64,000 nucleotides of DNA from Dehalococcoidia bacterium (GCA_965207935.1 CBDBNM010000002.1:185055-249054), one strand, 5' to 3'. Shown: positions 1 to 9,010, numbered from the stretch's first letter. Translations and numbers: made by a program. Notes: generated by a model not told the origin, from the letters alone.

Positions 1-672
1 CAGTGCCACGCTCTGGGCGATATCGCCACCGGGGCCATCGGGCCCGACCTGACCAATATCGCTGTTGATGCAGCCACCCGTAAGCCGGGAGTGTCCGCCG
101 AGGAGTACATCCGGGAGTCCATCAGGGAACCGGAAGCCTTCCTGTGCGAAGTTGAGCTTTGCACTCAGGGGCTGATGACAGCGTCCGTCACCGGCGGGCT
201 GACCGACGAAGAGGTTGAACTACTGGTCGAGTTCTTGATGAGCGCCACGGCCGCAGAAGACACGCAGGCCCCCGTTGTGGACGTCATGGTTCCGACCACA
301 CCAGCGGATACCTCGCCCGACGACGTCCCTGCGCCGGCCGGAGGCCTTGTAGCTGAAGGTCAGGCCCTGTTCATGAACGCCCCGGCCAATGTGGGCCCCC
401 AAGCCCTCTGGTGCTCCGAGTGCCACGCAATCGAAGGGCTGGCCAATGGGCTGATTGGCCCCGATCTGACCAACATAGGGTCGGCTGCAGCCACCCGAAA
501 GCCGGGCACCTCGGCCAAGGAGTACCTGGTCGAGTCGCTGCGAAACCCCGACGGTTTCATTCCCGACGGAGTGGAGCGCGCAACCCCCGGCCTCATGACC
601 CTTGCCATCGTCCAGGACCTGACCGACGAGCAGGTGGAGGCGCTGGTGGCCTTCCTGCTATCCCAGCAGTAG
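1..672 (+). CDS. Multi-domain c-type cytochrome, 5'-truncated (at least two tandem heme c domains)
   Basis: Frame open from base 1 reading QCHALG..IGPDLTNI..AATRKPG.SAEEY..ES.R.P; second copy CSECH..IGPDLTNIGSAAATRKPGTSAKEYLVESLRNP; GLMT (possible Met ligand) in both; Pro/Thr linker between. Confidence 0.85.
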   Translation, partial: QCHALGDIATGAIGPDLTNIAVDAATRKPGVSAEEYIRESIREPEAFLCEVELCTQGLMTASVTGGLTDEEVELLVEFLMSATAAEDTQAPVVDVMVPTTPADTSPDDVPAPAGGLVAEGQALFMNAPANVGPQALWCSECHAIEGLANGLIGPDLTNIGSAAATRKPGTSAKEYLVESLRNPDGFIPDGVERATPGLMTLAIVQDLTDEQVEALVAFLLSQQ

Positions 673-741
673 CCGTGCCAGTGGGCGTCCAGTTTTTGTA
701 CATGGGCAGCCCCGATCATGTACCCCTCGGACTAGCGTAAG

Positions 742-1677
742 ATGATACTTCTCCAGGTCGCGGACTTCTCCTGGACCCAATGGCATGCCCACCCCAGCAT
801 AATCCTGGGCCTCCTGGCCTTCGGCGGCGCCTATCTCCTTGGCGTGGGGCCCCTGCGCCAGCGCTACCGCTTGGGCCCTCCCGTGGAAGGATGGCGGGTA
901 TCGGTGTTCCTGCTGGGCGTCTTGGTTTTGATGGGAGCCCTGCTCTCCCCCATCCACGACCTGGGCGAGCGATACCTCTTCAGCTTCCACATGCTCCAGC
1001 ACATGCTGCTCATGCTGGTCTTCCCGCCCCTGGTTCTCATAGGCACGCCACCGTGGCTGCTGAGGCCCTTGCTGAGGAACACCACGGTAAGGGGAGCTGC
1101 TTCTTTCGTAACCAGGCCGGTAGCCGCCTTTCTGATCTTCAACACGGTCCTGGTGTTCTGGCACGTGCCGGGGCTGTACGACCTAGCCCTGCGGGAACGA
1201 AACATTCACATCCTGGAGCACATCACATTTATGGGGGCAGCCGTCATTATGTGGTGGCCTGTACTCAGCCCCATGTCCGAGCTGCCCCGGGCGCCGTACA
1301 TCGGCCAGATGGCCTACCTGTTTATGGTGCCAACCGTTTCGGCTATCTTGGGAGCATTCATCACCTTCTCCGAGTCGGTATGGTACGATTGGTACGCTGA
1401 AGCTCCCCGCATATGGGAGATTTCGGCCAAGACAGACCAGGAGATCGGGGGTCTGCTAATGTGGGTCCCCGGAGGGGCAGTGTTTATGGCATCCCTGATC
1501 ATAGTCTTCCTGGTCTGGGCGGGCAGGTCTGAATCCGATGACAGCGCTCGGCTGACCAATGGTGCGGGCAGTGCCGGTGTGAAGAGTTATAGAACGTCCC
1601 ATCAACAGGATTCCGGCCCTGAGAGGCAAATCAGGGCCAATCTTGGGTCAACCACATCCAGGGAGGCATACCAGTGA
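742..1677 (+). CDS. ctaG: Cytochrome c oxidase assembly factor, CtaG (caa3-type) family
   Basis: Polytopic membrane protein with HMLQHMLL, WHVPGLY, LEH and DQEIGGLLMWVPG motifs. Confidence 0.85.
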   Translation: MILLQVADFSWTQWHAHPSIILGLLAFGGAYLLGVGPLRQRYRLGPPVEGWRVSVFLLGVLVLMGALLSPIHDLGERYLFSFHMLQHMLLMLVFPPLVLIGTPPWLLRPLLRNTTVRGAASFVTRPVAAFLIFNTVLVFWHVPGLYDLALRERNIHILEHITFMGAAVIMWWPVLSPMSELPRAPYIGQMAYLFMVPTVSAILGAFITFSESVWYDWYAEAPRIWEISAKTDQEIGGLLMWVPGGAVFMASLIIVFLVWAGRSESDDSARLTNGAGSAGVKSYRTSHQQDSGPERQIRANLGSTTSREAYQ

Positions 1678-1871
1678 AACCAACAACCATGGCAGCGCTG
1701 CTCCCCATCATGGCAGCGCTCTTCATCGTCATCTGGGGCGGCGCCTTGGGTGTGATATTCATTATCTTGTACAAGACTCCGCTGGGTGAGTGGGGCGCCG
1801 TGATTCTCGGCATGGCTCTGGTTATCGGGATACCGGCCATTGCCGGGCTCCTCGCCAAGGACCGCGGTTAG
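1674..1871 (+). CDS. Small two-TM membrane protein
   Basis: 65 aa, two hydrophobic helices; GTGA overlap with the ctaG stop. Confidence 0.65.
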   Translation: MKPTTMAALLPIMAALFIVIWGGALGVIFIILYKTPLGEWGAVILGMALVIGIPAIAGLLAKDRG

Positions 1872-1904
1872 ACCGCGGGCCGGCAGGGCTGCCCCAGCCG
1901 GACG

Positions 1905-2585
1905 ATGGTTCTGAAAGCTACGTTACTTGCTGCGGCCCTCATTCTCATTGCGTCGGCATGTGGAGAAGACCCTGACTTTCAAGGTAACACCCTGAACGTA
2001 GAGCGTGCCCCGGACTTCCGCCTCCACGACCAGCACAATGGGGAGATTGCCCTGTCCGACTTCAGGGGCAAGGTTGTGGCCCTGACATTCCTCTACACCT
2101 ACTGCCCTGAGATCTGCCCCGGTATCACCGAGACCATGAGAAAGGCCTCTGACATCCTCGCCGATGAAGCAGGCCATCTCCAGTTCCTAGCCGTTAGCGT
2201 GGACCCCGAGAGGGACACGGTGGAGACGGCCTACAGCTACAGCCGGGATACCGGCCTGCACGATAGATGGCGGTTCCTGGTGGGCAGCCGAGAGGAGCTG
2301 GAGCCTGTGTGGAAGGCCTACTGGCTGGACCCGTCCGTCGACACTTCAGTGGGATATAAGATCGTGCACCTTCACGAGGACGGAGAACTCCATGTGCACG
2401 AGGTGGATGACGGGGGCGGCGCAAGTACAGGGGATTTGAAGGTTGTACGGGAAGGGCCTCTGATCTCCCACTCAGCCCCGGTGTTCCTGATTGACAGAGA
2501 AGGCAACCGGCGAGTGCTGTTGAACGATCTTGCGCTGGACCCGGCTCCCCTGGTCCACGACCTGCGCATTCTGCTGGACGGATAG
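1905..2585 (+). CDS. SCO1/SenC family copper chaperone lipoprotein
   Basis: Lipobox ASAC, FLYTYCPEICP (CxxxC), VSVDPERDT, ISHS. Confidence 0.9.
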   Translation: MVLKATLLAAALILIASACGEDPDFQGNTLNVERAPDFRLHDQHNGEIALSDFRGKVVALTFLYTYCPEICPGITETMRKASDILADEAGHLQFLAVSVDPERDTVETAYSYSRDTGLHDRWRFLVGSREELEPVWKAYWLDPSVDTSVGYKIVHLHEDGELHVHEVDDGGGASTGDLKVVREGPLISHSAPVFLIDREGNRRVLLNDLALDPAPLVHDLRILLDG

Positions 2586-2607
2586 CCCGTCGCAGAAGCC
2601 GCGGGGT

Positions 2608-2967
2608 CTAGGCGGTCTGGTTGGCTTGGGCTATTTCCACAAGCTTGTCGAAAGCCGGGCGGTCGCTGACCGCCATCTCCGCCAGCATCTTGCGATCGAT
2701 CTCGACATTAGCCATTTTCAGACCGTGCATCATCCGGCTGTAGGTCAGCCCCGACTGGCGGGCCGCTGCCCCGATGCGAATGATCCATAGCCGTCGGAAA
2801 TCGCCCTTGCGTTCCCTCCTGTGCCTGTAGGCGTGGCTCCAGGCATGGATGAGAGCTTCCTTGGCCCACCTGTAGTTCCGGTGGGAGGACCCCCGGAAAC
2901 CCCTGGCTGCCAGTAGTACTTTCTTGTGCCGGCGGCGTCTGGTTACGCCGCTCCTTGCCCTAGTCAT
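2608..2967 (-). CDS. rplT: 50S ribosomal protein L20
   Basis: RRRHKKVL..ARGFRG, RKGDFRRLWIIRI, DRKMLAEMAV; follows infC-rpmI. Confidence 0.98.
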   Translation of the reverse strand: MTRARSGVTRRRRHKKVLLAARGFRGSSHRNYRWAKEALIHAWSHAYRHRRERKGDFRRLWIIRIGAAARQSGLTYSRMMHGLKMANVEIDRKMLAEMAVSDRPAFDKLVEIAQANQTA

Positions 2968-2996
2968 TCTTTGGCTACCTGTCTATCTCTGTTGGG

Positions 2997-3194
2997 TTAC
3001 CCGTAGGGGACCAGCTTCGTCAGCCTCTTCACGTCGGCGGCATCCACCAGACGCTTGCCCTCGTACTGGCGACGTACCTTCTTGGGCTTCTTGCGGCGCA
3101 GGTGGCTGCTCATCCTCTTGCGGCGCATGAGCTTGCCCGCCCCCGTGATGTGGATACGGGCTTTAGCTCCCTTGTGGGTCTTTTGCTTGGGCAT
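2997..3194 (-). CDS. rpmI: 50S ribosomal protein L35
   Basis: MPKQKTHKGAKARI.ITG.GK; operon context. Confidence 0.97.
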   Translation of the reverse strand: MPKQKTHKGAKARIHITGAGKLMRRKRMSSHLRRKKPKKVRRQYEGKRLVDAADVKRLTKLVPYG

Positions 3195-3738
3195 CCGCTA
3201 CTCCCGCCAACTCCGTCTTAGCTTTCCGGGGGGTTGGGACCAGGATGATGGACATCGCCCGGCCTTCCATTCCCGGAGGCTTCTCCAGCCTCGCCTCTTC
3301 CTGGAGCTCGTCCGCCACCTTTTTCAGCAGGGTCATACCCAACTGGGCGTGGGACTGCTCTCTGCCCCGGAAGACGACGGCCACCTTTACCTTGGAGCCG
3401 TCCTGGATCAGCTCCTTGACCTTACGCACCTTGGAAGAAAAGTCGTGGGTGCCGATGTTCGGCCGGAAGCGGACCTCTCGTAGGGCTGTGTTCTTCTGGG
3501 ACTTCTTGGCTTCCCTTTCCTTCTTGGAATACAGGTATCGAAGTTTACCGTAGTCCAGCAGGCGACATACCGGGGGGCTTCCGTTCGGGGCCACCTCCAC
3601 AAGGTCGACCCCTCGCTCCCTGGCTGCCTCCAGGGCTTCGGCAAGGGACAGCACACCAAGCTGCTCGCCGCCTTCAGCGATGACGAGCACCTCGGATGCT
3701 CGGATTCTTTGGTTTACTCTGTATTCCTTAGTAGGGAT
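3163..3738 (-). CDS. infC: Translation initiation factor IF-3, probable ATC start
   Basis: DLVEVAP..PPVCRLLDYGK, FRGRE; frame extends upstream of the ORF-track start as IPTKEYRVNQRIRASEV from ATC 3738, with GGAGGT 8 nt upstream. Confidence 0.95.
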   Translation of the reverse strand: MPTKEYRVNQRIRASEVLVIAEGGEQLGVLSLAEALEAARERGVDLVEVAPNGSPPVCRLLDYGKLRYLYSKKEREAKKSQKNTALREVRFRPNIGTHDFSSKVRKVKELIQDGSKVKVAVVFRGREQSHAQLGMTLLKKVADELQEEARLEKPPGMEGRAMSIILVPTPRKAKTELAGVADAQAKDPQGS

Positions 3739-3794
3739 GCCCGGCTACCTCCAGGAAGTGATGGCTACATTATCGGCATCTTAGCTTGCGCAAA

Positions 3795-3823
3795 AATATA
3801 GCATAGGCAGATATGCAAGTCAA
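3795..3823 (-). promoter_or_regulatory. Sigma70-type promoter for infC-rpmI-rplT
   Basis: Minus strand TTGACT-17 nt-TATATT with extended -10 TG. Confidence 0.6.
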
Positions 3824-3838
3824 ACGTAACGTGGGAAC

Positions 3839-5596
3839 CTACGCCTTTCGGATGATTTCGTCGTTCATCCGCTCGATGAGGCTGTCGATGCCAACGGGAC
3901 CCAGGTTTTCCCCCGTGCGCAGGCGCACCGAGGCGGTATCGCTGCCCATTTCCGAGTCTCCGACTACCAGCATGTAGGGCACCTTATCCATCTGGGCTTC
4001 GCGTATCTTCAGGTTCATCCGCTCGCTGCGGGCGTCCACCCGCCCGCGGATTTGGCTGCCCCTCAGCCGGGCCTGCACCTCGTTGGCATACTCCAGGTGC
4101 CGGTCGGCGATGGGTATAACCAGGGCCTGGACGGGGGATAGCCAGAGGGGGAAGGCACCGCCGTAGTGCTCCATCAGCACCCCGACGAAGCGCTCCACCG
4201 AACCCATTATCGCCCGGTGAACCATGTAAGGCCTGTGCTGTCCGCCGTCGGCTCCCTGGAAGGTCAGGTCGAAGCGCTCAGGCAGATTGAAATCGAACTG
4301 GACCGTAGTGCACTGCCACTCACGCCCCAGGGCATCCTTGATCTTGATGTCGATCTTCGGGCCATAGAAGGCGCCTCCGCCCTCGTCGATGCCGTACTGC
4401 AACCCTCGCCGGTTCAGGGCGCTGGCCAGGGAGTCGGTGGCGTGCTGCCACATCTCCTCATCCCCGACGTGCTTCTCCGGCTTTGTGGACAGAGAGATGC
4501 TGTAGTCAGAGAACCCGAAGGTGCTCAGGAGCTCAAATGTCAGGTCCAGCACCCCGAGCACCTCGTCCTCGACCTGCTCGGGCAGACAGAATATGTGGGC
4601 ATCATCCTGGGTGAATCCCCGGACCCGCATCAGCCCGTGCAGCACCCCGCTCCGCTCGTAGCGATACACCGTGCCCAGCTCGGCGAACCTTAGAGGCAGC
4701 TCCCGGTAGCTCCGCAGGTCCGACCTGTAGATCATGATGTGAAAGGGGCAGTTCATGGGCTTCAGGTAGTATTCGTTTCCGTCCACATCGTTGGGAGAGA
4801 ACATGCTGTCCCGGTAGAAGTCCAGGTGGCCGCTGGTTTCCCACAGGCGCGCTTTGCCCACATGGGGGGAATAGACCACATCGTAGTTGTGCTTGTCGTG
4901 CAACTCCTGCCAGTAGGCCTGGATGATGGTGCGCACTCGTCCGCCCTTGGGATGCCATGTGATAAGGCCCGGGCCTATATCTTCGTGGATTCCAAACAGG
5001 TCGAGCTGCTTGCCCAGTCGGCGATGGTCCCGCTTTTCGGCTTCCTCCAGCATATGAAGGAACTCGTCCAGGGCATCCTGGCTTTCAAAGGCGGTGCCGT
5101 AGATGCGCTGGAGCATAGGGCGTTTCTCGTCGCCCCTCCAGTAAGCCCCAGCCACGTTCAACAGCTTGACCGCGGCGATCTTGCCCGTGGACTCCACGTG
5201 GGGGCCCTGGCACAGGTCAACGAACCCGCCATGGGTGTAGGTGCTCAGATCCTCTTCCTCGGGGATGTCGTGGATAATCTCCAGCTTGAACTGCTGATCA
5301 TGGAACATGTCGTTGGCTTGGTCCCGGCTGATGACGTCCTTCTCGAAGGGGTGGTCCTGGGCGATGGCATCCATCATGCGGGACTGGATGCTCTCCAGGT
5401 CCTCGGGCGTGAAGGGCCGGGACACCTGGAAATCATAGTAAAAGCCTTCGTCGGTGGAAGGTCCGATACCGATCTGCGCCTCGGGGAAGAGCTGGATGAC
5501 GGCATCGGCCATCACATGGGCCGCCGAGTGGCGCATACGATGGCGCAGCGCCATCAACTCCCCTTCATGCTGGCTGCCGGTAGCTGTCATCTCCAT
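3839..5596 (-). CDS. thrS: Threonine--tRNA ligase (short N-terminus, no obvious TGS domain)
   Basis: RHSAAH editing motif, DLCQGPH, KPMNCP, RVRGFTQDDAH, FYGPKID. Confidence 0.98.
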   Translation of the reverse strand: MEMTATGSQHEGELMALRHRMRHSAAHVMADAVIQLFPEAQIGIGPSTDEGFYYDFQVSRPFTPEDLESIQSRMMDAIAQDHPFEKDVISRDQANDMFHDQQFKLEIIHDIPEEEDLSTYTHGGFVDLCQGPHVESTGKIAAVKLLNVAGAYWRGDEKRPMLQRIYGTAFESQDALDEFLHMLEEAEKRDHRRLGKQLDLFGIHEDIGPGLITWHPKGGRVRTIIQAYWQELHDKHNYDVVYSPHVGKARLWETSGHLDFYRDSMFSPNDVDGNEYYLKPMNCPFHIMIYRSDLRSYRELPLRFAELGTVYRYERSGVLHGLMRVRGFTQDDAHIFCLPEQVEDEVLGVLDLTFELLSTFGFSDYSISLSTKPEKHVGDEEMWQHATDSLASALNRRGLQYGIDEGGGAFYGPKIDIKIKDALGREWQCTTVQFDFNLPERFDLTFQGADGGQHRPYMVHRAIMGSVERFVGVLMEHYGGAFPLWLSPVQALVIPIADRHLEYANEVQARLRGSQIRGRVDARSERMNLKIREAQMDKVPYMLVVGDSEMGSDTASVRLRTGENLGPVGIDSLIERMNDEIIRKA

Positions 5597-5680
5597 TCAC
5601 TAGACCTTACGTTTGGAATTAACAATTCAATATAGCACACGGCCCTCTTGGCTTGTAACGAGAACCGGTCTGCACCTTTG

Positions 5681-7078
5681 CTATCCTTTGCCCAGCACAT
5701 GCCTCAGGGCTGTCACGATGTCCGGGTGTCGGAAAGCATAGCCGCTGTCCATCAGCCTCTTGGGGACCGCCCGCGTGCTCCCAAGAAGGGACTCCTCAGC
5801 CATCTCGCCCAGGGCCGCTTTCAGAACAACGCCAGGCACTTTGAACAGGGTGGGACGCCGCAGTGTCTTGCCCAGGGCACGGGTAAGCTCTCCGTTGGTA
5901 ACAGGCCCGGGGGCTGTTATGTTGACCGGGCCTTCCAGGGACTGGGTCATCATGCAGTGCTCTATGGCGCCCAAAGTGTCGTCCAAGGATATCCAGCTGA
6001 CGTACTGCCGCCCGCTCCCCACCGGGCCTCCCACGCCTGCCTTGAAGGGAGGCAGCATGCTCTTGAGCATTCCACCCAGGGGCGTTACGACAGGCCCCAG
6101 CCGAAGATGCACCACCCGGATGCCCGCCTGGGCTGCTGCTTCGCTGGCCCCTTCCCACTCCCGGGCCAGATCACCCAGGAACCCCTCCCCGGCGGGGCTG
6201 TCTTCATCCATGACAGTGTCGCCTCCCGATGAGCCGTAAATGCCCACTGCCGAGGCGCACAGGAACACCCTGGGGGGATTCTCCAGCCGGGACAGGTTGT
6301 CGGCCAGCAGGCGGGCGGTGCCGACCCTGCTCTCCCGCATCCGCTGCTTCTTCGCCGGGGTCCACCTCCCCATGATGGTCTCGCCGGACAGGTGCACAAG
6401 AGCATCCAACCCCTCCAGGTCTGCCCCATCCAGGACACCCCTCGCGGGATCCCAGGGAATGACGGAACTATCGGCTCCATAGTTCTCCCTCGGACCCGTA
6501 GTCCGGACCAGGCGCTTCACTTGGTGGCCGGCGGTCGTCAGGTAGTGCACAAGGTTCGAGCCGATGGTACCCGATGCTCCGCTAATTGCCACCTTGTAAC
6601 GAGGCATGGACGCGTAACGCCGGTGAGCCTTCAGATCCTGCTCCAAGGTGCTGCTCCTGTACCGGAAGGCCTCCTCCAGCCTACGGAGTACCAAGCCTCC
6701 CACGAGGACGCGCCCGGCCAACCCCAGGGGCAGTGAGTATTCGACCTGGTTGTCCACGAAACATGCGTCGGGGCCGTCGGGCTCAGCGCTGGTAAGGTGG
6801 CTCCAGTGGGCAAAGGGGCCCTTGAGCTGCACCTCACGAAACTGGCGTTCTTCCACGAAGTCCCGGTGTTCCAGCATCCAGCGCAGGCGCAGCATTCCCA
6901 GGGGGATAAGGACGGTAGCCTCACCTCCCGCCTCGATGCTTCCAGTACGAGTCAGTCCCCGGAATGGCTGCCAGGGAGGATTCAGACGCTCGAAGGCGCC
7001 GGGACGTCCAAGCCACTGAAACACCTCTTCCGCAGACGCATCCAGTCGCGCACGATTGACGTATTCAAGGAGTTTCAT
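5681..7078 (-). CDS. TIGR01777-type NAD-dependent epimerase with N-terminal SRPBCC domain
   Basis: SRPBCC-like N-terminus (GAFERLNPPW, QLKGPFAHW); GASGTIG Rossmann motif; SAVGIYG, GSGRQYVSWI. Confidence 0.88.
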   Translation of the reverse strand: MKLLEYVNRARLDASAEEVFQWLGRPGAFERLNPPWQPFRGLTRTGSIEAGGEATVLIPLGMLRLRWMLEHRDFVEERQFREVQLKGPFAHWSHLTSAEPDGPDACFVDNQVEYSLPLGLAGRVLVGGLVLRRLEEAFRYRSSTLEQDLKAHRRYASMPRYKVAISGASGTIGSNLVHYLTTAGHQVKRLVRTTGPRENYGADSSVIPWDPARGVLDGADLEGLDALVHLSGETIMGRWTPAKKQRMRESRVGTARLLADNLSRLENPPRVFLCASAVGIYGSSGGDTVMDEDSPAGEGFLGDLAREWEGASEAAAQAGIRVVHLRLGPVVTPLGGMLKSMLPPFKAGVGGPVGSGRQYVSWISLDDTLGAIEHCMMTQSLEGPVNITAPGPVTNGELTRALGKTLRRPTLFKVPGVVLKAALGEMAEESLLGSTRAVPKRLMDSGYAFRHPDIVTALRHVLGKG

Positions 7079-7216
7079 GATTGGAGGAAATGCCCGTCCT
7101 TAGGTAAAGTGACCTCCCTCGCGACGAGTAGTCTGGTAATAGGATAGACTTTTCACGAAACCCGTAGCAAGATGGAAGGCTGCCAGTGTGAGGCAGGTTG
7201 GACTTTGATTTTGGTC

Positions 7217-7750
7217 ATGCGAAGAACGAATGAGAATAGCGCCCTCCACATAGGGCCGATCCAGGCTGGGCTGACCGGCGGAGCGGGCGCGGGGGTCGTG
7301 GGTGTGCTGGTCAACCTGCCCCTGGTCTCACCCAGCGACCCCTTCTTCAACAGCGCCACGGTAATGGTGGGCGCGCTTCTGACAGGGCTGGCGGTGGGAA
7401 TCTGGGGGCGTGTGCTCGGCGAGGGACATGTCCGCCGGGCGCCCTTCTGGTCTGGCATCGTCTTTCTGATGGGGCTGGCCACGATCATAGCTGTGGTCGG
7501 CGAGTCCCAGCTGGAGCGATCCCTGTCTTACATTGCGCCTATAGCAGCTATCGTCGTGGGCCTGACGGCGGGCATTTTCCTTCTCCTGGAACGGCTGAAT
7601 CGCCCCTTCCCTTGGACGGCGACCCTCGCCCTGTTGGCCCTGGTCGTTGGCTTGGGGATCGGGCTTGCAGGGTTCGGGGACCAGGAGAGCGGCCGGCTGG
7701 AACTGCCACCAAGGGCGAACATCCAACACATACCCGAATCTCAGCTATGA
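7217..7750 (+). CDS. Hypothetical multi-TM membrane protein (start uncertain)
   Basis: About five hydrophobic segments; no family recognised. Confidence 0.6.
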   Translation: MRRTNENSALHIGPIQAGLTGGAGAGVVGVLVNLPLVSPSDPFFNSATVMVGALLTGLAVGIWGRVLGEGHVRRAPFWSGIVFLMGLATIIAVVGESQLERSLSYIAPIAAIVVGLTAGIFLLLERLNRPFPWTATLALLALVVGLGIGLAGFGDQESGRLELPPRANIQHIPESQL

Positions 7751-7778
7751 TGTTAGAATCCTCCAGGAGCAAATCAAC

Positions 7779-8579
7779 GTGACCAAAGCTATGCAATTAT
7801 CCCGACTTTCCATCCTGGCGGCGTCCCTCGCTCTCTTGCTTGTGCTGTGGGGGTGCGGAAGTTCGGGGGATGCTGAAATGCAACCTACCCCCACTATGGA
7901 AGAACCGGCGACCGTACCAGCCGCAACCCTCATCCCCACCCAGGATACAAATGTCGAGTTGCAGCCGACAGCCACCCTAGCTGAACCTCCCACCGTGCCG
8001 GCGGTAACCCCTATCCCCACCCCGGAACCCACGGACATAGGCGAGGCTACGGAAAAGTACGAAGGTGTCACCTACGTCGTATCCGACGGCACTGAAGCCA
8101 CTTTCACCGTCGAGGAGCAGCTGGTGAGGCTGCCCCTGCCCAACGATGCTGTGATGCGCACAACAGAGCTCTCGGGAGAGGTCCACCTGGACGGCAGGCC
8201 ATCGGTGGTCAGAATCGACCTCCAGACCCTGGAAAGCGACCAAGCTTTCAGGGACCGCTACGTGAGGACCAGGATGTTCGGAGAGCATCCCACAGGAATC
8301 TTCACCGTGCCGGATATCGGACCAATTCCTGAGGGCTTGGCCTCCGGCGAAGAGGTCATGACCTCGGTGTCCGGCTCCCTGGAAATGCGCGGGGAAACCT
8401 TCCCCTTGGAGTTCGAAATCGAAGCCAGGGACGACGGTGAGGTGCTGTACGTCCTGGGCCGCACCACCTTCACATGGGACCAGCTGAACATACCCCGTCC
8501 CACAGCCCCCCCGGTAGCCAGCATAGAAGACGATGTGCGCGTGGAAATACTCCTGGCCCTGACACCCGAGGAGAGCTAG
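7779..8579 (+). CDS. YceI family lipoprotein
   Basis: AGGAG then GTG 7779 (or ATG 7791); lipobox LWGC; Pro/Thr linker; ATFTVEEQL, LESDQAFRDRYV, GSLEMRGET. Confidence 0.8.
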   Translation: MTKAMQLSRLSILAASLALLLVLWGCGSSGDAEMQPTPTMEEPATVPAATLIPTQDTNVELQPTATLAEPPTVPAVTPIPTPEPTDIGEATEKYEGVTYVVSDGTEATFTVEEQLVRLPLPNDAVMRTTELSGEVHLDGRPSVVRIDLQTLESDQAFRDRYVRTRMFGEHPTGIFTVPDIGPIPEGLASGEEVMTSVSGSLEMRGETFPLEFEIEARDDGEVLYVLGRTTFTWDQLNIPRPTAPPVASIEDDVRVEILLALTPEES

Positions 8580-8723
8580 CCACCGGGAACCGCCCGCCCA
8601 TTCCCAGGCCGGGCGCCGGACAGCCCCAGGTCGTTTGATTACATCGGGCAACCCGTGCTACCATCCCCCAGATGCACCCGCGTCAATCCCCCTTCGAAAA
8701 ACGCCGGTAGACAGGAGCCCGAT

Positions 8724-8948
8724 ATGCAGCTCCCCATCGTATATACACTCATCAACTGAGGGGCCAGCGACAAGCTGCGCGAGTCGTGGACTAGCCAGGG
8801 AATAGCCTTCGAAGAGCGAAGGGTGGACCAGAGCCAGGAATGGCTGGATGAGCTGCTCAACTACTCGGATGCGTCTCCTACTGTAATCTACCCCGACGGA
8901 CGAGTTGAGATCGGATTTGAAGGTCACGTCGGCTGAGCTCTGGCCTAG
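8724..8948 (+). CDS. Glutaredoxin/NrdH-like putative selenoprotein with two in-frame TGA codons (not in ORF track)
   Basis: AGGAG then ATG 8724: MQLPIVYTLIN-U-GASDKLRESWTSQGIAFEERRVDQSQEWLDELLNYSDASPTVIYPDGRVEIGFEGHVG-U-ALA-TAG; TGA at 8757 and 8934; glutaredoxin-like pattern throughout. Confidence 0.75.
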
Positions 8949-8964
8949 GTCGGCGGCGCCGACC
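8948..8964 (+). promoter_or_regulatory. Candidate bacterial SECIS hairpin for TGA 8934
   Basis: GGTCGGC-GGC-GCCGACC: perfect 7-bp stem with G-first loop starting 18 nt after the TGA; no U-tract follows. Confidence 0.55.
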
Positions 8965-9010
8965 CCACGACGTGACCAACCCCCCAGACCCCAGCACCCA
9001 AGGAGGAAGC

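Noticed and set aside
5597-5680. T-box riboswitch upstream of thrS
   Set aside because: The intergenic space is only about 85 nt and has no T-box motif.
8639-8927. Minus-strand ORFs 8639-8860 and 8658-8927
   Set aside because: Antisense shadows of the plus-strand UGA-containing gene, which has the RBS and a recognisable fold.
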